A stretch of 64,000 nt of DNA from Octopus vulgaris. Its lineage: Eukaryota. The notes beneath the pieces are model-generated. The model did no database searches. It was not told the DNA's origin and saw nothing but the letters and a program-made list of their open reading frames with translations. The DNA lies in contig OX597825.1 in NCBI GenBank assembly GCA_951406725.2, forward strand, positions 75,888,001-75,952,000, in the 5' to 3' direction. Numbering within the stretch: the stretch's first letter is position 1; each line of letters starts with the position of its first letter. Positions 1 to 14,026 of this stretch are shown here, in pieces. Made by a program: the position numbers and the translations under genes.

Positions 1-429
1 TTTTTTTTTTTGATTTGTGTTTATTTTCTCAAACTGCTTACTGGTTCACATATTGTGTGTGTATATATTTACACACACGTGCTCACACACAATAAAATCA
101 TCGATGAATAGCGTTAGCAATATTACTTTAATGTATTGTTTACAATTGTTTCGCCACTTCACTTTTTAGTCAATCTTGCATCATGTTCATTAACATGTTA
201 GCAGTTATTGATTTAGTCTTATGCATTGTCTTATGCATTGTCTAATCTTTCTCAGTGCATATGGGAATTGATTCGTCAGAACATTGAAACAGTAACTTCA
301 TATGGGAACTTCCCTCTTTAATTTTCAAGGAGCCACTATTTGTTGAGATGTGTCATGAGGTAAACACCTGGATTATATATCCCAACTTTCCTATATATAT
401 ATATCAAGGTATCAACCAGACTATTGGAT

Positions 430-690
430 ATTGTTATACATTACTGGTCACGATGTGCTTTGCATTGTTTTATCTTTCAAATGATGCCACCCTGCTGGAT
501 AGATGAGCTGGGCAACATTTCCCTTGATTGGAAGGCTATTACACCACAGGGTTACTCATTTACAGCTGGGTAGACTAGATTAATATGAAATGAAGTGTCT
601 TGCTCAAGGACACAACATGCAGCCTGGTCTGAGAATTGAATCCATGATCTAGCAATCATAAGTGCAATATCCTAACTGCTAGGCTATGCG
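430..690 (-). mobile_element. tRNA-derived SINE family E (CORE/V-like)
   Basis: Minus strand reads GCGCATAGCCTAG...GGATTCAATTC...GTGTCCTTGAGCAAGACACTT...CAGCTGTAAATGAGTAAC; relatives at about 20400-20657 (-), 32773-33110 (+) and 48050-48275 (+). Confidence 0.7.
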
Positions 691-1449
691 CACACATGCA
701 CGTGCACATGAGTAGGTTTTTCTATGTGACGGATTGACCCACAGAAAATGGGCATATCAGATAATGAAGTGTTTGATAGAGTTACTGTTTGGATAAAAGA
801 TATTTTGAAGGCAGGAAGTGTTTTGTGCCTTGAAATGATTAAGAATGAAGAGTTTAGAATCAGCTAACTGGTGGTCGATGCGTGGAAAATCTTGGGATAA
901 GGAGTGAGCAAGTACAAAAGAGTTTGAAAATCATTTTGTGTTAATTAAAATCCTTCATCTCATGACCGAGCTTGCTCTTTTAAACTTAACATAAATAGCT
1001 TAGTGCTTTAAAATATTTTAGGAATTGTCAGATATCTAAATTTCCAAATAACCTATGGAATTCTGTTGGCTTTTGATGGTGCCTGGGTTCACAAATAGCT
1101 TAAATCAGTGCTTTTCAAACACTTGTAGCTATTTCTCCCCGTCTCTTACTATAACTTCTTCAATGCTTGCTTCTCCCACTCCTGCTGCAATTTAATGACA
1201 CACTCCTCCCAATTTTTTAATGTACATATGCATAAAATCAGACCAGATTAATTTAGTTCTGGGTACTAGTTTGACGTTAAGTTGACTCTAAGTAAATATT
1301 TGACACATCGCCTATTGATCTTACTTATTGATTCAACCTTTATATATATATGTATATATCCTGTTGAAGTTTACATTCTGATTATACTTGTACTTACTAT
1401 GTCCTTGCATGTTTGTTGATTTGTCTGGCCACGTATGAGTTTTTATATA

Positions 1450-1495
<46 letters not shown>

Positions 1496-2316
1496 AACAC
1501 ACATATATATAATGTGTGTGTGTGTGTTTGTGTGTGTGTGTATATATATATATATATACATATTACAAGGTTATCAGATGAAATAGCTAGAATCAACAAC
1601 TTTCAAGCATGCACATACATGCACATGTGTGTGTGCACACACAGAAACGCATTTGTATGTTAACTGAGGCTACAGGTGCAGTAACCATCTTTAATTGCAT
1701 GCATGGAAATAGCATCACATTTTGACTCTTTTGCCTTATACTTTAGTTTGTTTACAATTTACATGTACGTGTGGTGTGTGTTTGTGTATATTTGCATATT
1801 CAAATCTACTGTTGATGTTGTTGTTGTGATTGTAGCCTATATGCAGTTTATCTTTTGTTTTTGTTTCAAGTTAATGTTTAAATAGGAGATATTGACTTAA
1901 ATAAAAACACGCTGCATAGACTTATCAATCACCTCTAACTGCCCTCTTTATAAATTTTTAACCACCTTAAGGAGTGGGGACCAGCCACTCTTTGAAGTAC
2001 TGGCTTAAATTTATGATACCAGTGATCATATATTTTGGTCTCTATCCACCTTCACTAATCAACCTCTCCTCACTTGAGATTGTCCAATTTAAGAAACATC
2101 TCTGTAATGACTGGCTATGTTTCAGAAAAAGCAAAATACTAAAAGAATGCTGTGCCCTGGTTACTAGCTATTGTAAGGGAGATAATAATTTCTAGTGTTT
2201 GTAGGATTAGAAATTTGAAGTTTAAATTGAACAATTTTGATGATGTTTGGGATATATACATTTAATTTTTTTTTGCTTACTCATAACAAAGAGTTTAAAA
2301 ATTACTAGTCATACTA

Positions 2317-2702
2317 GGCGCAGGAGTAGCTGTGTGGTAAGTAGCTTGCTAACCAACCACATGGTTCCGGGTTCAGTCCCACTGCGTGGCATCTTGGGCA
2401 AGTGTCTTCTGCTATAGCCCCGGGCCGACCAATGCCTTGTGAGTGGATTTGGTAGACGGAAACTGAAAGAAGCCTGTCGTATATATGTATATATATATGT
2501 ATGTGTGTCTGTGTTTGTCCCCCTAGCATTGCTTGACAACCGATGCTGGTGTGTTTACATCCCCGTCACTTAGCGGTTCAGCAAAAGAGACCGATAGAAT
2601 AAGTACTGTGCTTACAAAGAATAAGTCCTGGGGTCGATTTTCTCGACTAAAGGTGGTGCTCCAGCATGGCTGCAGTCAAATGACTGAAACGAGTAAAAGA
2701 GT
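2317..2702 (+). mobile_element. tRNA-derived SINE family A, full-length young copy
   Basis: A-box-like TAGCTGTGTGG, B-box-like GGTTCAGTCCC, CORE-like TTGGGCAAGTGTCTT, internal (TA)/(TG) repeat, tail ...TGACTGAAACGAGTAAAAGAG; target-site duplication ATACTA at 2311-2316 and 2703-2708. Confidence 0.9.
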
Positions 2703-3986
2703 ATACTAAAGCTTTGAGTATAAGAATTCCTTATAATAGTTGAACACTCCAGACTGTTGGACTGCTCACATTACAGACGGCCACAAGTGAAGTGTTTCTT
2801 TCAATGTTCAAATCAACTATTTTGAAATTGGCCTTCAAAATAAACATGACAATTACAGCCATCTAAATGTGCGTTTCTTTTACTATTCTCAGCCCTGCTA
2901 CAGTTCCTATACTAGTTAGTAACCTATACAATATTTCTGTACGCTTGCTACTGTTCTTGTCCTTGCTAGTGTTCCTACACCTGTTGCTGGTCTACATAAT
3001 ATTTCTGAACCCCTATTGCCAATAACTGCATTAATTTTATTTGACGATACCTAGTTTTTCTTCAAATATCTCCTCAAATTCAAATGTGCAAGATAAATTA
3101 GAACTATTAAAACAAAAAAAGTCTAATTGTAGTTGAAATATTATTCACATATCAGACTTATTTGTACATCTTTTTATTCAAAGAATAACATTTGAGAAGT
3201 TACTGCTTTAGTCTGGCCCCAAGTTAGCCCTGATTCCAAAGATCTCTGATCAAAGGTATCTTATCTGTGGACTATCCCGCCTCAGTTCAGTCATTATGTA
3301 TTTAGGACCATTTTATCTAGTGCTCCAGCAAGCAGCTAGCATTTCTCTCATTGGCTTGTTATATGAGGACTTTATAGCAATGAGACATTGCAATATTTAC
3401 TAAAGAGAAAAATTTTCTGCACATGTGAATTATGCAAACTACTTTTTAAGAATCCACTTGTTTCACCATATTCAGTTAACATTATTTAAATATTTTCAGC
3501 TAGATTGTTTTTTTACCCCCCCCCCCATACACACACACAAACATGCATACACCCATATATCCACAGATGCATTTCCTCTACTCCTCTGTATATTTTCTAT
3601 CTTCCCCCTCTCTCTCTAGCATTCCTTTACTCAATGTCTACCACCAAGCCTAGTATATGCACTCATTTGCATCTCATGTTAACTCTCTTCTCCACCTCTG
3701 TCTATATGATGTATATCATGATTGGAGAAATCAACCAACCAACAAATATTTATATCAGTTATTAGGTGAAATAAGCGTTAAAGATACTTTGCTTCATGCA
3801 GAAACTTCAGAAGCTACTTGGCAGTTTTGCAAGCTCTTCTAAATCCATTGCAATACTAGAAACCCTTCTGTATCACTAGCAAGTGTTTGAGGGTCATAAG
3901 CGTTTTACCACTTAGATTGTATACTTTGTCTGAATGGGGCAGCAAGGACTGAATTAGTCTTTGCTTGCAGAAGGTTTTCATTTGTA

Positions 3987-4223
3987 GTCTCTTATCAACC
4001 ACAGCCACCTTGAGCTGGTTTCAGCTAATGTTCCTGTCTCTTTCATGACTTTCTTCTGTTGTTTGGGTTCTAGACCAATCTTCTGTAGGAATAAGTGCAC
4101 TGATATACCTGAAAAACCATGGCAACCGACTTCATCAGGGAATGAGATTGCATGTCATCTCTTGATAAGGGCCTTGTCAACCAAACTCTGATATTTGATT
4201 TTCTTTACCTGGTGTGAATTATC
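3987..4223 (-). mobile_element. HERO-like non-LTR retrotransposon C-terminal fragment (REL endonuclease tail)
   Basis: Minus-strand translation KKIKYQSLVDKALIKR*HAISFPDEVGCHGFSGISVHLFLQKIG...LAETSSRWLWLIR resembles the KY...EVGCRGF...ASRWLWIKR end of HERO elements; contains an in-frame stop. Confidence 0.75.
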
Positions 4224-4359
4224 GTTGCATTATATAAAAAACATACATACATGTATTTTAAAAAAACAAAACATTTGTCACTATTACTACTAGTAGTACT
4301 TATCCAGAGGTTGATTGAAACTTAGTAGACAGTGTATGGAAGAAATGAAATTGTTGTCA

Positions 4360-4767
4360 CAGGTATGGTTGTGTGGTAAGAAGTTTGCTTTTGAACTACA
4401 TGATTCTGAGTTCAGTCCCTTTGCATAGCACTTAGGTTGACCCAGGTAGAAGACATTTACCCAAAGTCTTGTGAGTGGATTTGGTTGATTGAAACTGAAA
4501 GAATCCTATCCAATATATGTATATATCTCTGTGTGTAAATATATATGACTGTGCTTATGTCTTCATGTTTGCCCCCCCCCACTCTTGCTTGACACCTGAT
4601 GTTGGTTTGCTTATGTCCCACCATAATTAAACGGTTTGGTCTGAAAGACCAATAAAGGGGTACCAGGTTTTTAAAAAATAAGTACTGGCATCAATTTATT
4701 GAACTAAAACCCTTCAAGGTGGTGTCCCAGTTTGGCCACTGTTCAGTGACTGAAACAAGTAAAAGAG
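4360..4767 (+). mobile_element. SINE family A, diverged copy
   Basis: Same head, core and GACTGAAACAAGTAAAAGAG tail as 2317-2702. Confidence 0.8.
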
Positions 4768-5358
4768 AACCTTTGGTGTGTGTGTGTGTGTGGTGGTGGC
4801 AGCGGGGTAAGTGGTGCAGTGTGACTTATTGGTTTGGTCTCAATTTATTGGAATTATTTGATTGAAATTTCAATTGATCAAAAAGAGTCAAAAAAGAAAA
4901 AAAGTAAATATGCAACTGATTGAATAAGAGACACTAAAACCACCAGTTAATTGAAACAGAGAAAACATTAAAATGATTTTTTTTATTGAAATGTTATAGA
5001 ATGTGTGTGTGTATGTGTGTGTGTGTGTATGAAAGCCAGTGTACTTTATGTTAATGTCCCCATTATGGCCTTTATCATCTCTAGTTCAAAATCTGTGGCA
5101 ATTCTATCAATATTTTTCTGTACAAAGAAATTGGTAGTTCAATGAAAAATAAAAGCCTATATAATCTCATGTTATGGGCAGCTATATTAGTTTGCTCTTG
5201 AAACCATTCGATATGATTTTTTAAGACGCTTTGCAGAATTCCAATATTTTTTTATACCACTTTGACCACTTGCTTTCTTACATTTTAATGAAAAAAATTA
5301 TTTTAATAAGTTATGTTGTGTGTGTTTGTAATTTTTTTTTGTGTATATTTGTGCATAT

Positions 5359-5504
5359 TCTTTTACTTGTTTCAGTCATTTGACTGCAGCCATGCTGGGG
5401 CACCGCCTTTAGTTGAGCAAATCGCCCCAGGATTTATTCTTTATAAGCCTAGTACTTATTTTATCGGTCTCTTTTGCTGAACTGCTAAGTTACAGGGTAT
5501 GTCA

Positions 5505-5535
<31 letters not shown>

Positions 5536-5695
5536 ATGGGCTTCTTTTAGTTTCCGTCCACCAAATCCATTCACAAGGCTTTGGTTGGCCCAAGGCTATA
5601 GTAGCAGACACTTGCTCAAGGTGCCACACAGTGGGACTGAACCTGGAACCATGTGGTTGGTAAGCAAGCTACTTACCACAGCCACTCCTACGCCT
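5359..5695 (-). mobile_element. SINE family A
   Basis: Reverse complement of the family A consensus from tail to head. Confidence 0.85.
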
Positions 5696-7301
5696 ATGTT
5701 TATATATATATGTATATATGTTTGTGTGTGTAAAATAATAAACAACAGTGTTTCTCTACAGCTTCGATTTTTTACTATTATACCTATCTTATGAGTTATC
5801 TTTTTACTTGTTTCAGTCATAGGACTGTGACCATGTTAGAGCACTGCCTTGAAAAGTTTAGTCACAGAAACGATAGTACTTATTCCATCAGTCTCTTATG
5901 CTAAACTATTAAGTTGTGGGGTTGTAAACAAACCAATACTGGTTGTTGAGTTCTGGTAGGGAACAAACACAGACACTCACATACGTACATTCACATACAC
6001 ACACACACGTACACATGACACGATCGTTATAATGTATGTCACTGTCATACAAGCAATGTCATTCATTCCCAGTATTCTGCAAAAACATATCTGGAAATAT
6101 TACATTGGTTGGTGACATGAAGGGTATCTAGCCGTAAACTCTGTCTGGTGTTTGTAAGCATGGAAAAGCAGACCTTAAAACGATAATGATGATTATACTC
6201 TCATTTTGATATCGTTTATACTTGCTAAAACAAAATAGATGATAGTTTGTTGAAGCATATGAACTTTAATTTCTAATCTTTTAGATATTAAACAATTTTC
6301 TTGGCAGATAAACTATTTTATCAAGAAGACACAGCTGGAACATTATGATGGTTGTGTCAGAAAGTAAATAAATTGGTTAACTCTTATAATGCTTATTTAT
6401 TTGTGTTATTTTGAATTAATCATGCATTATCTTGTAGCTTTGAAATTTCAATGACATGACTGGATATCTTTGGTGATATTGTAGTGTAGGTGTGAGAAGT
6501 TAGATCTGCCCAGTTTGAACCTAAAACTTGTAGACTGGGCTGGGTCTGACCAGTTTAAATGCTAAAGTGCTAATCTTCTGAGAAATATACTTCAAAATTA
6601 TTCCACTCACTAAACTGTGAAATATCTCCAGATACTATTATTGCATTTGAAAAGAAAAAACAATATTTGCTGTGATAGAACGTTAATATCACTTATGCAA
6701 GGGAGATAATGACATTTTGACAGTTATCTTGAATTTAGTTTGCCATAAAAAAATATACACAGCTCTATGTAATAGCAATGACATTTTGTTTTCGTAAAAA
6801 CAATAATACAATGCAATTGTAAACCTCATTTACATGTCAAATGATTGCTGACTTATAATTATATTTTTAGAGTTCCCAGTAACAGCCAAACATATTTTTT
6901 TAAACATAATTGTTGAATTATCATTTCATAATATTTTTCAATTTTTTAGGAATTTGTTGACAAATTTCAACATGTAGAATATCTCTTAAATTTTCACCAG
7001 TTGTTATAGAAACCAAACTGATAATTACAAATTTACCTATTGAATTTGACATAAAATGATAGTAAAAAGAAAAAAAAAAAAGACAAAACCAAGACATAAC
7101 CATAAATTTAGAATACTATATAAGCATTTTTTTTCTTCAAATCTAACAGTTCTCTGTTGTATACAAATGCTTAGCTATTTATAATATCTGCTTAATAGAG
7201 CTATTTTGGAAAATAGCATCTCAAATGGTTCTGACTTGTGTAAAACATAGTGTGTGTTCATATATGTAAATATTGCACACACACACACACACACACAAAC
7301 A

Positions 7302-8538
7302 CAGTGTCCCAGAAAGATCTACCCATTGATATTTCTTAATTATTCAAAATAAATTTAAGGTAGGATAATGAAATTTGGCACACATGTTCTAATGTAAATT
7401 GTCAATCCATTGCAATGATTTACATTTCATAGTGACCACCTTTCACATTGATCATAGCCTGCAAATAAGTGGTTAGTGAGTTGCATGAGTGCCATACCAC
7501 CTCTTCATCCAGCTTGACCTATGAAGACAGAAGGGCTTTCTTCAGATCTGACACTTTGAATAGGAGCATGCAAAATCCTTGCTCTCTAAGATAGCGATGT
7601 CCATGGGATTGATATCTGAACTTGAAGGAGGCCATGTCATTGTGTCTCAAAAAACTGTTGAAATGCTCTTTGCACCACTTATGTGTCAACTCGATGTGTG
7701 GGCTGGAGTCCTGTTTTGAATGAAGATGTAGCAGTCACCAAAGGTTTCTGTGATCCAAGGTAACACTTTGTTATCCAACATTTCCACATAAACTTCACTG
7801 TTGACCTTGACTCCAGCATCGATGAAGATCGAGGGAGACTTGGACCTATCAGCTGCAACAGCAGCCCACACCACTAGTGAAGCTGGCTTCTGATGGTGTG
7901 AATGACTCTTACTACCTTCGGGCAAGTCTCCTGCATTATTTGCATAAAGCCTGTCATTCTGTCTGTTGGAAACTACCTCTACGGTGCACTTCATCTCAGC
8001 TAACATAGTTTTACCCCTGTCGAGCCGTTTTTTCTTGGACTCAGCTGAAATGAATTGCTGGGATTGTTTCTTGTATGTAGCTTTAAAGCCTCTTTAAAAA
8101 TCCTATGCATTGATGATTTCAAAATATCAAGAGCTTTTGCAGTTTTTCTTGCACTCCTGCAGGGATTCCAGTTCATTTGTTTCTTCACAGTTCCAACAGT
8201 TTGTTTGGTATTATTGATCGTTTCTTACCAGGAATTGGCTTAGTAGAGGTAGTAGTGAACTCCATACATCATTCCTAGGTATTGAACTCTGTTTTATGGC
8301 ACACATTCAACTGTTTTGTTATGTACTTGTTGCTTACCCCGGCTGTTTTCAAAGCGACAATAAGGCCACATTTTGCTTTCAGTGCCGCGTTTGTTTACAG
8401 ACCTGTCATAGATGAATGAAACAGTAGACACATGACAATAGACATATGTAAATCCTTATCTAAAATGTAGATAATATTACCTGAACCAATATTCTCTAGG
8501 AAGAGTTTTAAACATGGGTAAAGCTTTCTGAGACACCC
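7302..8538 (-). mobile_element. Tc1/mariner DNA transposon (DD37D/maT-like), decayed, near full length
   Basis: About 25-bp imperfect TIRs (7302-7326 and 8514-8538); frameshifted transposase with VVWAAVA, KVNSEVY, FIQNRTPAHT and WPPSSSDINPMD motifs. Confidence 0.9.
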
Positions 8539-8640
8539 TATTTATGTATATACACACACACACATACATACACACAGGTGAAGCATAAGTGCAAAACAAG
8601 ATGGAAAAAATGGTACTTGAATACCAAAGGTAGAATAATA

Positions 8641-8758
8641 TATTAAGACTGCAAAAATTATCACAGAACTGTTACTCAGTTTCATGTTCCTGTTCGTTGG
8701 ACAGTTTTCATTACAACTGTCTGAGTAACGGTTCTGTGATAATTTTACTGCTTTAATA
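8641..8758. repeat. Inverted repeat (Penelope-like remnant)
   Basis: 8654-8679 pairs with 8721-8746 at 25 of 26 positions. Confidence 0.8.
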
Positions 8759-8776
8759 AAAAAGTGTGTGTATGTA

Positions 8777-8815
<39 letters not shown>

Positions 8816-9102
8816 ATAGTTGTGGTCAGACTGTTGCACTTTTGTAATCACAAGATCATGATTTCAATTTCCAGACTGGGTAATGCCTTGTGTTCTTACG
8901 AAAACTCCTTCATCTCAAATTGTTCACCTATCATTTCAACATCTGATATATGTGCCCTGTACAGATGATATCAATTTAATGGAGGTTGTGAATTTATATG
9001 CAGTTTACAGTTGATTATTATATGCATATTGTCAGTGCAGGTTGTTCAGTATGAAATTACAGAAGCATCTTTATCTCAAGAGATTACTATCAATTATATA
9101 TC

Positions 9103-9465
9103 ATCATCATTTAGCATACACTTTTCATGCTTGCATGGTTCTGACGAAATTAGTTGAGATAGATTAGATTTCTCCTGTTAGATGCCCTTCCTGTTGCCAA
9201 CCATCACTGGTTTCATGTTAGGTGATATTTCTCCATGCAAAACTGTTTTTCACAAAAGATTGGAAACAAACAGCCTCACTTTACAACCATCGCATGGCGT
9301 TTAGACAAGGATACACATGAACACACACATGCACACACACACACACGCACACAAAAGCTGCTTTCAGTCTTCATTTAACAAATCCTCTCACATGGCTTTG
9401 CCATGCATTAAGACTGTATGCAAGCCCACATGGTTGGGAAGTAAGCTTTTTAACCCATGCCCGCA
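9103..9465 (-). mobile_element. SINE family D
   Basis: (CAT)n tail, GATGCCCTTCCTGTTGCCAACC module, (CA)n, then head. Confidence 0.65.
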
Positions 9466-11019
9466 TTGGTTTTGTGTGTGTGTGTTTGAGATATAAACCT
9501 TAGTTTTCAAGACACTGGTCAGTGTAACTGAGATGTAATTTTGCATTCAATATTCTCTGTTTAATCAGTAGCACGCCAGGTAAAATGCTTAGTGGTATTT
9601 CGTCTGTCTTCACGTTCTGAGTTCAAATTCCACTGAGGTTAACTTTGCTTTTCATCCTTTTGGGGTTGATAAAATAAGTACCAGTTGAGTACTGGGGGTT
9701 AATGTAATTGATTAGTTCCCTCCCATCAAATTTCACACCTCGTGCCTTTTGTAGAAAGGATTATCATTATTAAATATTTTCCATTGTCCAGTTAAAGCTG
9801 GAGATAAAACCTTGACTCTAGATTTTCAATCAATGAGCAGTGATAAAGGAACTTAAATGCTCTCTCTCTCTTACATACAGAGGCAGCCTATTTTATTTGT
9901 GAAGTTATGTAGCATACATAACTAAAAAATTCCATTTTTTTAATTAACTCATTTGTTAATTGAATTTATTTCTCTTAATTATTATTTCAACCTGGTCTTA
10001 ATTAATCAGTGAATTAAGACAGACTAGCTAAATATGATTTAATTTTGTGCATTAAAGCAATTTTGCAATAAGTATTCAAACTGATTATTCTATTTGAAAT
10101 AAAAAAAGTTTTAAAATACGAGTTTAGAATTGAAATTAAAGCTAATCTTTGCACAAATTATACAGGTTCAGTTAGAGTAACCGTATTGAGTTTACTAAGA
10201 GTTTAGGGTTTCGTTGTGTGTTTTATTTTGGGCATGGGTACCTGTGACCCCTTTTCATTTTAAGTTATTGTAAGTTATTAATCACTAACAGCATGAAAGG
10301 GGACTATTTTAAAGGCAGCTCTGCTTTAATTTTCCTTCTCATGAGTTCATAATATCTCATCTGTTGTTGTTCAGAGAGTTATAAGAATAAATTAATAAAG
10401 GAGCTATGACAAGTGTTCGCACTGTTTCTGTCTGTCTATTCCACTCACAAGACTTTGCTCAGCCCAGGGGTTGTAGTAGAAGACACATGTCAAAGGTGCC
10501 ACACAGTGGGACTGAACCTGAAATCATGTAGTTAGGAAGCACCTCTTAACCACACAGCCACACATGCACCTATTCATATTATAAAATTCTCTTCAATCTA
10601 ATATGGTTTCTGTAATCCCTTAACTCTTTTGATGCCAGATCCATGGTATGAATTGCACATTTTAAAGTGATTTAAAAAAAACTTCCATTTAAAGGTTTAT
10701 GTTAATTTGTTCTACACACCAACTTAATTATGACAAAATTATTTTACTAAATTCATGATTTTCAAAATTAATTTGGACAAATGTACTCTATTTTAACAGG
10801 AATGTGGTAACAAAAGGTGGGGGTGGGTGAGGGTTAAACCGGTGAGATCTTAAAGCTGTAAAACTATTTCAAAATTAAATCACATTTAAGCATTGTTTCC
10901 TGAACATGTTTTTTAGAGGGGTGGGAAATCAGGTTATTCTCCAATTTTTTCTCTCATCTATTGTACCAGACAAAGCAACTTCTTTTCATTGAGAGGTTAC
11001 AGCTCTAGTACTACAGAAA

Positions 11020-11230
11020 TGTGATTCAAATATCTCAGGAAAGAATTGCAAGATGCATTCGTCAAACTGAGCCAGCTGGCCGGAGGCCTTTAGATAGACA
11101 AAGAATGAGACAGTTGGATAACATCCGTAGTCTCAGTAGGTTGTGCTTGAGAATCCAGCTGGGAAGTGTAATGATGATTGCTTCTGATAGTATCCTAAGG
11201 TGCCAGGTGAAGTGGACAGTGAAGATGGTT
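11020..11230 (+). mobile_element. Decayed RTE-clade LINE C-terminal fragment
   Basis: AGRRPLDRQRMRQLDNI resembles the GRRPRGRPRTRWLD motif at the end of RTE ORFs. Confidence 0.55.
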
Positions 11231-12532
11231 GGATGGATTTCTAACAATGACACAAGGCCAGAATTAAAAAGAATTTTTTGTGGGGAGGCACAGTTCATTT
11301 AATCAAACTAAGTATTTGAATACTATTTCTTTTGATTTTTAGGATACCATCATCTAATAGCATCATCATCATCATTTTAACATCTACTTTTTCCATGCTT
11401 GCATTGGTCAGATGAATATGTCAAGACAGTTTTCTGTGGCTGGATGCTTTTCCTGTTGCTAACCCTTACCTTTTTCAAGTTGTGGTAATAACCACTGAAT
11501 CTGTTGAACAACACTCAGTGCAAAACATTTTTTTTCCTGGCTCTTTATTATATCTGCCATCCTTTACTCTAAAATTACTTTAAATATTGATTCAGCTAGT
11601 CTTAGTTTTAATTAATAATAAAAGACAAAAAAAAAAAAACCCATTAAGTTAGTGTGCATTAAAGGTTTTTGTACTTAAAAAAAAATGTCTTGCAATTATG
11701 CAGACAGCCTCTTCTCATTTGGGAAATGGATAAAAATTGAAAATGTTGGATTCAAATTTTAGTGTCTTATTTGCAATTAAACTTCTGCTATTAAAGGCTG
11801 AAATTCTCTCATTCCTAATTTTTAAAAAAGTAGTACAGAGAAAATAGCATTACAATTTTGAACTAAATTGTTGCAAAAGGTTTTCTTTTTTTCTTCCTTC
11901 TTTTTTAAAATAGACCCCTTTGCTCTTAGCTGAAATATTGGCATGTTATAACTGAGTTATTGTAAATCTTTAACGTATGGTATTTCCTAATTTTCTAGTA
12001 AAATCCCCTACTTGTCAAGATAAACTGTTGAAATATCTGACTAAAACCACAAAAAAAAAAAACAAAAAAAAACCCCTCTGAAAAACTATATTCAGTGTGA
12101 GTTGAATTCAATATTAAAAATGTATTGCTTGTATTATCAACAACATTATGTTTTCAAAGCTCTATATTTTCGTGATAACATTAAATATTGATTTCTCCAG
12201 ACTTGGATGTAATCCCCACCACACTTCAATGTATGAATATATAGCATTTGGTTTCTTGCAGTTAAAAACCAAATTTGCATATCTTTTATTGATTATCACT
12301 TGGCAGTAACTGCCCTACCAATATTTAGAGGGTATCTCTTTGCCCTCTCTACTTTTACCATAGCAACTATAGCCTTATCTACTTATTGTATACCCCACCA
12401 CAAGTGATAACAGCAACTGATGGTGACCAGAAATTATATTAAACTACTTTACACAGTAGCATATTTATTATAGTATCAGCCCATTAGTAACATTCGTCAT
12501 TCTCTCCTCTAGATGACTAAATTTACCCATAT

Positions 12533-12919
12533 ACTCTTTTACTTGTTTCAGTCATTTGACTGCGGCCATGCTGGAGCACCGCCTTTAGTCGAGCAAATCG
12601 ACACCGGGACTTATTTTTTGTAAGCCCAGTACTTATTCTATCAGTCTGTTTTGCCGAACCACTAAGTGATGGGGACGTAAACACACCAGCATCGGTTGTC
12701 AAGCAATGCTAGGGGGCCAAACACAGACACACGCATATATATATATACATATATACGACAGGCTTCTTTCAGTTTCTGTCTACCAAATCCACTCACAAGG
12801 CATTGGTTGGCCCCGGGGCTATAGCAGAAGACACTTGCCCAAGATGCCATGCAGTGGGACTGAACCCGGAACCACGTGGTTGGTTAGCAAGCTACTTACC
12901 ACACAGCCACTCCTGCACC
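12533..12919 (-). mobile_element. SINE family A, young copy
   Basis: Near-identical to the reverse complement of 2317-2702 and 54896-55303. Confidence 0.9.
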
Positions 12920-12929
12920 TATGTATATA

Positions 12930-13110
12930 TCTTTTATCTTTTACTTGTTTCAGTCATTTGACTATGGCCATGCTGGGGCAGTGCCTTGAAGGGTTTTTAG
13001 TTGAAGAAATTAACACAGGGACTTATTTTTCAAAAACCTAGTACTTATTCTATCATTCTCTTTTACCAAACTGCGAAGTTATGGGGACGTAAACACACCA
13101 ACAAGCAATA

Positions 13111-13153
<43 letters not shown>

Positions 13154-13356
13154 GTCTCACTCACATGCTCTGTCTCTCACTCATTCACTCACTCAACTCA
13201 CATGACGGGCTTCTTTCAATTTCCGTCTACCAAATCCACTCACAAGGCTTTGGTTGGCCTGAGGGTATTGTAGAAGACACTTGCTCAAGGTTCCACACAA
13301 TGGGGCTGAACCCAGAACCATGTGGTTGGGAAGCAAGCTTCTAACCACATACCCAC
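12930..13356 (-). mobile_element. SINE family A, older copy in tandem with the preceding one
   Basis: Same tail and head modules; expanded (CA)n. Confidence 0.8.
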
Positions 13357-13522
13357 TTTGTTGTATTTCTTGAAATGAATACTTTTATTTCAGGTTGATA
13401 AAACAAGTATCAAATGAACACTGGGGGGTCTATGTAGTTCACTTCTCCCTTCTTTGAAATTACTGGCATTCTGCTGCAATTAGAAACCATGTATGACAGG
13501 GTTCTTTTTTGTTTCAAATCTT

Positions 13523-13899
13523 GGACGCAGGCATAGCTTGTTGTTAAGAAGCTCAGTTTGTAATCATGTGATTTCTGGTCCTGTCCCACTGCATGGCACC
13601 ATGGGCAAGTATCTTTTACTATTACTTCATGCCTGCCAATGTGTAGTGAGTGAGTTTGGTTAACGGAAACTGTGTGGAAGCCTGTCATGTGTGCATCTGT
13701 ATGTGTGTACTATGCGTATTGTATGTGTATGTGTATGTCTGTGCTCATTGCTTGACAATCAGTGTTAGTTTGTTTCTTGGTGTCTGAAATAGTTCAGCAA
13801 AAGTCACTGTTAAAATAAGTACCAGACTTAAAAAGATGTGTACTGGGATCAAGGTGGTACCCCAGCATGGTCGCAGTCCAATGACTGAAACACATAAAA
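13523..13899 (+). mobile_element. SINE family A, diverged copy
   Basis: Head GGACGCAGGCATAGC, core TGGGCAAGT, tail CCAGCATGGTCGCAGTCCAATGACTGAAAC. Confidence 0.75.
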
Positions 13900-14026
13900 T
13901 ATATATATATATAAAAGAAAGGGACTCTTACATTTTTTTTTTTACATTCCTACAAAAGCACTCTATGGGTATTTATGTAATCACATGAATTTTTATTTTA
14001 CAAAATGCTGTTTTAGCTGGCTCCAT

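Noticed and set aside
730-940. Minus-strand RHKT...FKISFIQ resembling a CR1/L2 C-terminus
   Set aside because: Too decayed to call without alignment.
2317-2395. tRNA-like A/B boxes
   Set aside because: SINE heads continuing into core and tail; no complete cloverleaf, so no tRNA gene called.
2309-2539. Recurrent ORFs such as WSARGYSRRHLPK...GTMWLVSKLLTT (also at 5585, 12706, 17945, 54737)
   Set aside because: Antisense translations of SINE family A copies, not a gene family.
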